Positions 57,874 to 64,000 of a DNA stretch of 64,000 nt are shown in pieces. The stretch covers positions 1,600,001 through 1,664,000 of the forward strand of contig OY970176.1 in the NCBI GenBank assembly GCA_963707955.1, written 5' to 3'. Made by a program: the position numbers and the translations under genes. Origin of the DNA: Candidatus Bathyarchaeota archaeon (GTDB taxonomy: Archaea > Thermoproteota > Bathyarchaeia > Bathyarchaeales > Bathycorpusculaceae). The notes below the pieces were generated by a model that worked only from the letters and a program-made list of their open reading frames with translations, did not search any database and had not been told where the DNA came from. Within the stretch, counting starts at the first letter, position 1. Every line of letters begins with the position of its first letter.

Positions 57874-59013
57874 ATGGTCAAACCAGGCACTTATTTTTGG
57901 TCAGGAAACGAAACCTGCGTTGAAGCAGCAATAATCGCTGGTTGCAGATTCTTCGCTGGATACCCAATATCACCCTCAAACGAGATACCTGAACGCCTTT
58001 CAGAACGCCTACCGCAGGTTGACGGCATATTCATGCAGATGGAAGACGAGCTGGCTTCGATAGGCGCGGTTATGGGCGCCAGCTGGGCAGGGAAGAAGGC
58101 TATGACGGCCACTTCTGGACCGGGCTTCAGCCTGATGCAGGAGACTATTGGCTGGGGCTTCATGACTGAAACCCCGTGCGTGATAGTTGATGTTCAAAGA
58201 GTTGGACCGGGCACTGGACAGGCAACCAAGTGCGGTCAAGGAGACGTCATGCAAGCACGTTGGGGAACTCACGGTGACTACGCGGCAATCGCGCTTTCGC
58301 CTAACTCGGTGCAGGAGATGTTCGAAATTACGGTAAGAGCTTTTAACTTGGCTGAAAAGTATCGCACGCCCGTGATCCTGTTGGCAGACGAGACCATAGC
58401 TCATTTGAGGGAGCAGGCAACTGTGCCGCGACTTGAGCAAATAGAAATATTCGACCGAAAGAAACCAGGACCCAGCGACAGAGCTTTCTTCGGCTCGGAA
58501 GAAGTTGCTCCGATGCCGTCGGTAGGCGAAGGCTTCAACGTCGCTGTAACAGCTTCGACCCACGATGAGTATGGTGTCCGATTTACACAGGACCCGCTTG
58601 TTCACAGAAGAATGTTAAGCAAACTTAATGCCAAAATAAATGATCACGCAGACGACATCGTTGAAGTGGAAGACTACAACGTTGACGATTGCAAGGTTGG
58701 CATAGTCTCCTACGGCTGCACGTCCCGCGCTGTCTACGAGGCTACTGAACGGGCAGAAGCTGAAGGAATGAGAACGGGCTACGTCAGACTGAAGACAATC
58801 TGGCCTTTTCCAGACAAAGTCGTTAAACGACTCGCTGAAAGCGCTGAGAGAATAATCGTTCCAGAGATGAACCTTGGGCAAATCAGCCGCGAAGTACAAA
58901 GAGTTGCGTGCGACGCAGAGGTTATTCCGCTGAACAAGATCGGCGGAGGAGAACTTATCACGCCTGAAGAATTGCTGGCCAAGATTCTGGAAGGAGGCAA
59001 GCAAAGTGACTGA
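57874..59013 (+). CDS. 2-oxoacid:ferredoxin oxidoreductase alpha subunit (KorA-like)
   Basis: FFAGYPISPS, QMEDELAS, TATSGPGFSLMQE and VPEMNLGQ. Confidence 0.9.
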   Translation: MVKPGTYFWSGNETCVEAAIIAGCRFFAGYPISPSNEIPERLSERLPQVDGIFMQMEDELASIGAVMGASWAGKKAMTATSGPGFSLMQETIGWGFMTETPCVIVDVQRVGPGTGQATKCGQGDVMQARWGTHGDYAAIALSPNSVQEMFEITVRAFNLAEKYRTPVILLADETIAHLREQATVPRLEQIEIFDRKKPGPSDRAFFGSEEVAPMPSVGEGFNVAVTASTHDEYGVRFTQDPLVHRRMLSKLNAKINDHADDIVEVEDYNVDDCKVGIVSYGCTSRAVYEATERAEAEGMRTGYVRLKTIWPFPDKVVKRLAESAERIIVPEMNLGQISREVQRVACDAEVIPLNKIGGGELITPEELLAKILEGGKQSD

Positions 59014-59846
59014 AGCGTTCTCACCTCGAAAATACATGAGAGACTTAAAATTGCCCTTCTGCGCAGGCTGCGGACTTTTTTCACTCAGTGACGCTTTTCT
59101 CAGAGCTGTACACGAGACTGGGCCACGAAGACCTGACAGGGTTCTGCTTCACAAGTGGCATAGGCTGCTCTTCATGGATTCCTTCGCCCTATTTTGAAGC
59201 CGATTCTGTGCACACACTTCATGGAAGAAGCATACCGCCCGCCACTAGCATAAAACTCATACGCCCAGACCTGAATGTCGTGGTCTTCGGCGGCGACGGA
59301 GACATAGTCGGCATAGGCCTGAGCCACTTCCTACACGCAGCGAGGAGAAACACCGATATCCTCGTCATAATGGGCAACAACATGGTTTACGGAATGACAG
59401 GCGGCCAAGTAGCCCCCACAACACCCTTCAAAACGCGGACGACAACCACGCCGTACGGAAACTTCGAGTATCCGATAGACGCGGCGAAGCTCGCGGTTGC
59501 GGCAGGAGCGGCATACTCAGCGCGATGGACAACCGCGCATCTGCACGAATTAGTAGAGTCCATCAAGAAAGCATTGCAGATGCAAGGTTTCAGGTTCATC
59601 GAAGTTGTGACCCACTGCCCAACAACCTACGGCAGGAGAGCAGGATTCAAAAACATCGCAGAAATGCTCAAACATTTCAAAGAAAACGCCGTCACAGTTG
59701 AGCAAGCTGAAAAGATGAGTCCTGAAGAGCTTGAAGCGAAAATAGTCATCGGAGAATTCGTTTCAAGAAGACGCCCAACACTGGTTGAAACAGTCTACGC
59801 CATGATTAAGGAGGCAAAGGAAAACGGCGAGCAAAACAGAGATTAG
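59006..59846 (+). CDS. 2-oxoacid:ferredoxin oxidoreductase beta subunit; 1-nt insertion near 59117
   Basis: FCAGCG in the first ORF; SGIGCS, HTLHGR, GGDGD, YGMTGGQ and HCPT in the second. Confidence 0.88.
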
Positions 59847-60351
59847 AATAGGCGGAAGTGGCGGGCAAGGCGTAGTCTTGGCTGCCCAAATATTGGGCAA
59901 GGCCGCAGTCCTAGATGGGAAAAACGCGTTACAAACGCAGGCATACGGGGCTGAAGCAAGAGGAAGCCTTGCCGAGAGTGAAGTCATAATCTCGGACAAC
60001 AAAATAGGGTTCCCAGCAGTCAGAAGACCCGATGTACTAGTGGCTATGAGCCAAGAAGCACTTGACAGGCTACTCAAGGATTTGAAGGAGAATGGAACGC
60101 TGATAATTGACAGTTCCAACGTGACCAAGGTGCCCGAGTCAAAGGCAACGGTCTATAGGTTTCCGATAACAGAAGCGGCGAAGAAAACTTTCGGAGAAGC
60201 CATGTATGCTAACATGGTTATGCTCGGAGCTTTCGTAAGGATGACCAGACTGGTCACAGTTCAATCAATGGAAAAAACGATAAGAGAAAATGTCTCTGCA
60301 AAGACTGTGGAAACCAACATCAACGCCTTTAGAAGAGGATTACAACTCTAA
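59824..60351 (+). CDS. 2-oxoacid:ferredoxin oxidoreductase gamma subunit; apparent ACG start
   Basis: EIRIGGSGGQGVV lies upstream of the called TTG; QAYGAEARG and NMVMLGA follow. Confidence 0.85.
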   Translation, partial: TASKTEIRIGGSGGQGVVLAAQILGKAAVLDGKNALQTQAYGAEARGSLAESEVIISDNKIGFPAVRRPDVLVAMSQEALDRLLKDLKENGTLIIDSSNVTKVPESKATVYRFPITEAAKKTFGEAMYANMVMLGAFVRMTRLVTVQSMEKTIRENVSAKTVETNINAFRRGLQL

Positions 60352-60524
60352 TCTAGCGTACGCTAGGTTTTCTGTTTGGATCTAGAATATTTGAACCCGA
60401 ACGATGTCAGCAGTGGCTCTGTCGTTTAAGCCTTAGTTTATCTTCTATCGTCCTGCAGATTGAGGATTTCTGTTTTTGAGGCTTTTCGTGAATTTGTCCT
60501 TGTTGCGTTTCCTCTAGGTCCTGT

Positions 60525-61313
60525 CTAACTTGGGCGTCTTGTTTGCACACTTTTTCTACGGACAATGACTGCTAGAAGTGTTGCCGTCATGAACAATGGC
60601 AGAACAAGAAGTGATGGAAACTCTGGTACAACCCCACTCCAATGGACAGTTAGTATAGGAGCATAATCTGAGATGGAAAATTCCTTAGAATTGAACGAAA
60701 TTGATGAGACGAGACCAGAAGGAGAGGGTTCAAACAAGACGATTGTTACTGTTCTGGTGGTGCTGGAAAGCTGTGAAGCTTGAGGTTGAAATTCACTATT
60801 CAAAGCGTATCTGACGGCGTCAACGACGCTCCAATTATACCATTGATTATTGGTTGCAACTAATACTGAGTCCATTGATGTCGTGTTGTAGCTAGGCATG
60901 TTGGAATATGTCAATGTCAATTCTGTCCAAGAAACAAAAGCAGATGCATTCAGGAAATCAGAACCTGAATAAGCATTAACATTGAATGATCCAGTAACGC
61001 TGGACGTGCGCAGCTGAAGTGTTGCCCCATCAATCACTGCCCCATCTGGAACAGAAGACAAATTGAATTTCAGCCATACTATGCTTTCGTAGGCACTATT
61101 GATTTGACTATTGTAATTCGTGATTTGAAGATAGTTCTGCTCGCCATAGTTTGAGTTTGGGTTGCTGGAATCAGCATAGGTATCGTCTGTCGGTTTGAGC
61201 GTAACGTCACCAACTTGAGCACTGACGGATTTGGTACTCAAAGAAAATAACAATACGACTAGGCCTAGTACGATCAGAAGCTTCCCACTAACATCAAACT
61301 TCTTTTCACTCAT
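60525..61313 (-). CDS. Secreted DNRLRE/CBM96-like domain protein with PEF-CTERM-like sorting signal
   Basis: Signal peptide, PTDDTYADS..PNSNYG...LKFNLS, and C-terminal VPEFP + TM helix + RRK. Confidence 0.8.
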   Translation of the reverse strand: MSEKKFDVSGKLLIVLGLVVLLFSLSTKSVSAQVGDVTLKPTDDTYADSSNPNSNYGEQNYLQITNYNSQINSAYESIVWLKFNLSSVPDGAVIDGATLQLRTSSVTGSFNVNAYSGSDFLNASAFVSWTELTLTYSNMPSYNTTSMDSVLVATNNQWYNWSVVDAVRYALNSEFQPQASQLSSTTRTVTIVLFEPSPSGLVSSISFNSKEFSISDYAPILTVHWSGVVPEFPSLLVLPLFMTATLLAVIVRRKSVQTRRPS

Positions 61314-61529
61314 TCTTAAACCCCAAATTCATCTTCTCTTATGTTGAACAGCGCAGCCGTTGGATTTTATCCTAAGCTTTAGTACATCATGTTTCAGAAG
61401 CTAGTACGGCTTCACACCCACGCGCGCGCTTCTCATGCGACATAGAACTGGAAATGGGAAGTTTCCATCATTCTTTTTAGGCTGGTTTCGTTGTGTACTG
61501 CAACAACTTCAGCGAATTGTGACCATTCC

Positions 61530-62030
61530 ATGAGCGTGCGAATCAGGAAAGTGAAGGATGAAGAGGTTTCAGCAATCCTTAGATGGCTAGACGACCCTCC
61601 TTTCCGTTCCGAGTTTCTGGCATTCGGCAGAGATTCGGATTCAATGGTTGCTGAGAAGTTAGGAGACGTGGTTCACGGTACGGAAGAGGCAAGTTATCTA
61701 GTGATCGAACGGATAACGGATTCAAAGCTTATCGGCTTAGTGTTCTCCCACAAAGTTTCCAATTTTCATTACTTCGAAGTGGGGTTCTACGTTATTCCTC
61801 AGGAAAGAAGCAAGGGCTACGGCACGAAAGCCATGAGATTACTCCTGGAATACATCTTCGAAACCCAATCAGTTAAGACGATTGTGGCTGGAACGTCTTC
61901 TCTGAACGTAGCATCGCAGAAGGCCTTGCTGAAAGCTGGGTTCAAAAAAGTTGGGATGCTCAAGAAGACACTTTTCAGGAATGGTTCGTGGGAAGATTCG
62001 ATAATCTACCAAGTCACGGGCGATGAGTGA
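61530..62030 (+). CDS. GNAT acetyltransferase (RimJ/RimL-like)
   Basis: EVGFYV..ERSKGYGT and NVASQKALLKAGF. Confidence 0.85.
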   Translation: MSVRIRKVKDEEVSAILRWLDDPPFRSEFLAFGRDSDSMVAEKLGDVVHGTEEASYLVIERITDSKLIGLVFSHKVSNFHYFEVGFYVIPQERSKGYGTKAMRLLLEYIFETQSVKTIVAGTSSLNVASQKALLKAGFKKVGMLKKTLFRNGSWEDSIIYQVTGDE

Positions 62031-62090
62031 GGTTTAGAAGGTTCGCTGAAGAAGGAAAGAGGGTCTCAAATCCTTCAACAGGGCGCGCGC

Positions 62091-62279
62091 TGAGCAAGAT
62101 TGATGTCGAATACGGTCTTGATGATATGTTGAAGTTCAGAGACAACGTTTTCGTTCTTTTCTATGCTTCATGGTGTCCTTTTTCACAGAGGTTCTTGCCA
62201 AATTTCGAAAAGTTCGCTCAAGGCAAATCGCAGAGTTGTCTACGCGTTAAGACTGGCGATAAGGCAAGTCTGCGAGAAA
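62091..62279 (+). pseudogene. Truncated thioredoxin-like gene
   Basis: VFVLFYASWCPFSQRFLP (CxxS) present, but no cis-Pro/C-terminal strands and no own start codon. Confidence 0.7.
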
Positions 62280-62389
62280 GCGCGCGCGTTAAGGCTGACG
62301 TTGTCGATCGCTGCGCTGACTGCCAAGAATCCTGGTGCAATCACAGCTAGAATAACCGTGATCGTTGACAGTGCTTTCTTTAGGTTCAT
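62240..62389 (-). pseudogene. Signal-peptide-only remnant of a secreted protein gene
   Basis: GGAGGTGA RBS then MNLKKALSTITVILAVIAPGFLAVSAAIDNVSLN, running into the (GC)4 run and a stop soon after. Confidence 0.6.
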
Positions 62390-62786
62390 TCAGTCACCTC
62401 CTATGTTGTTTTGAAAAGAAAGAAGACCTAGCTCTGTTTCGAGGGAATTAGCGCGCCCTTGGGAACACTTTTATTTAGGCACCCTTCAGCCTTGGATGGG
62501 TTTCCCGGTTCAATCCAACAAATGCAACTGTTGCCTGTCAGTTTGCTACAGGGTTGAATCGCTGGAAACCCCCCTTTCCTTCCTTTTGAGGAAACGTGCA
62601 GGAGTAAAGTTTGCCTAGCTTGGGAACATTTAAGAAAGTTGCCACCTAGAAAGAGTCCTTGGTAACAGGATATGTTCTCCAAGTTGCCTGTACCTAAGTC
62701 ACTTCTCTGAGCGGGCGCTAAATTGAAAAGGTGACAAAACTTCTATATATGTTAGGTGTCTAAGCTTGAACTAGCAGAGATCGAAT

Positions 62787-63011
62787 ATGAAACCTGAGCA
62801 TTATAAACCGATAAGGAAAGAAAAGCCCAAACGAAAGGGCAAGATTAGTGCGCGCAAGAGTCGAATGCTTGCAGTGGCTCAAGAATGGAAACCCATTACT
62901 TCTCTACAATTGCGTGAGGCTTACTCTGCTAAAATAGAATGGGTAAGGAAGCTAATTCCCAAATTGAAAAGAGAAGCAGAAGCGCCGGAAGAAAAAAAAG
63001 AGCTTAGATAA
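62787..63011 (+). CDS. Small basic hypothetical protein
   Basis: 74-aa K/R-rich ORF with a TATA-like CTATATAT about 40 nt upstream. Confidence 0.45.
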   Translation: MKPEHYKPIRKEKPKRKGKISARKSRMLAVAQEWKPITSLQLREAYSAKIEWVRKLIPKLKREAEAPEEKKELR

Positions 63012-63667
63012 GCGTGTGTGCAAATTCTGATGGGCTTGTTTTGGCTGTTTCCTGATAAAAGAAGCATTTTCAAACATAAAACCATACAAAAGAACCAAAA
63101 AAGCGAATATCAAAAAAGGCAAATGTAGTAAATGATAAAAAAGATGGAATATCGATCGATAGAAATCCTCAACAGTCGTTCAGCGCCCGCATGATTGTTC
63201 GGTTTTTCATTGATTTTTCTGGGAATGATGACATCAAGAAGAGTCCTGCGTCCACGAGCTATATCATAACCTACAACGACTTCGCGCGCGCTTCTTCTTT
63301 TCTCCTTACTTTTTCAACGTTACTCTTTCCATGTTTCCATTTTCCTCGGCTTTTCATTCTTTTCAAAAATCGTTCTCTTTTCGCCTGCTTCTTCTCAGAT
63401 CGTTTCAAACAAATCTTCCCTCCCAGAATCAAATAGTAACAACAAACAAGAACTATAACCTATCACCTAAATGCGAAGTGAATGCTGTGTCTGAAACCGG
63501 AATCTAGGATAAGGGAGCCGCGTGAAAACATCCTCAGGATGGCTCTGTTGTTTAATCGCTTATTAGGGAGTATACGTAGTATAGGACTGCGGCGTTCTGT
63601 TGTTGAAGGACGAGAAGAACACAGCAACGTTACAAGTTAAAATCAATGATGAAAGATGTGATGGAAA

Positions 63668-63955
63668 ATGGCGGAAAAATCGGCAATTGTTTTCATTGGA
63701 AGTAAAACACCAATGGACTATGTTCTAGCAGTTATCACCAGACTATCCGCGGGCGATGCTAAGGAAGTGATCTTGAAAGCACGAGGACGAGCAATCACAA
63801 CAGCTGTTGACGTAGCTGAAATAACCAGAAATCGCTTCCTAAAAGACCTAAAAGTGAGCAAAATAGCTATCGGAACAGAGGAGATGCCGGCAAGAGAAGG
63901 CGAAAACAGAGCAAGGATGGTTTCAACAATAGAAGTAACGCTTACAAAAGAGTAG
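63668..63955 (+). CDS. albA: Second Alba paralogue
   Basis: [26 protein letters not shown] and VSTIEV. Confidence 0.92.
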   Translation: MAEKSAIVFIGSKTPMDYVLAVITRLSAGDAKEVILKARGRAITTAVDVAEITRNRFLKDLKVSKIAIGTEEMPAREGENRARMVSTIEVTLTKE

Positions 63956-64000
63956 GAAAAGCCCTGCTGAACAAAGCGTCAACCGGTAATATCCTTCTTT

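Noticed and set aside
1050-59120. BHB introns or programmed frameshifting at the other split genes
   Set aside because: Each is repaired by one base, with no extra sequence, no BHB fold and no clear slippery heptamer plus structure. Only the pcm break has a structured 31-nt insert.
586-60128. Numerous 60-210 aa ORFs antisense to or overlapping core genes
   Set aside because: They are shadow frames of well-supported genes and carry no motifs of their own.
63505-63546. Hairpin GAGCC...ATCCTCAGGAT-GGCTC upstream of the second alba as an ncRNA
   Set aside because: The pairing is short and matches no RNA family I can recognise; covariation data would be needed.

Overview
Core-genome segment of an archaeon of the TACK group, most likely Bathyarchaeia. 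This rests on TFB, two Alba genes, L7Ae/S28e/L24e/L40e/S26e, Cdc48, FEN-1, an arcadin-1 homologue, an Ftr-family formyltransferase and a two-intron tRNA. About 70 CDS cover purine and pyrimidine synthesis, translation, RNA modification, succinyl-CoA ligase and a 2-oxoacid:ferredoxin oxidoreductase; one initiator tRNA-Met is present. No CRISPR array, rRNA, integrase or transposase was seen. At least five genes carry single-base indels that look like sequencing or assembly errors. Three signals stand out. (1) A 31-nt canonical bulge-helix-bulge intron sits inside the protein-coding pcm gene, and its removal exactly restores the conserved SAPHMV motif. (2) An EhaR/EhaS/EhaT-like trio (HAD hydrolase, Ftr-like formyltransferase, PfkB kinase) is translationally coupled to purF-purD with no purN/purT beside it, a candidate alternative GAR-formylation route. 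(3) Accessory genes and gene fragments are repeatedly bounded by the palindrome GCGCGCGC. All family assignments come from recognising motifs by eye, not from database searches.
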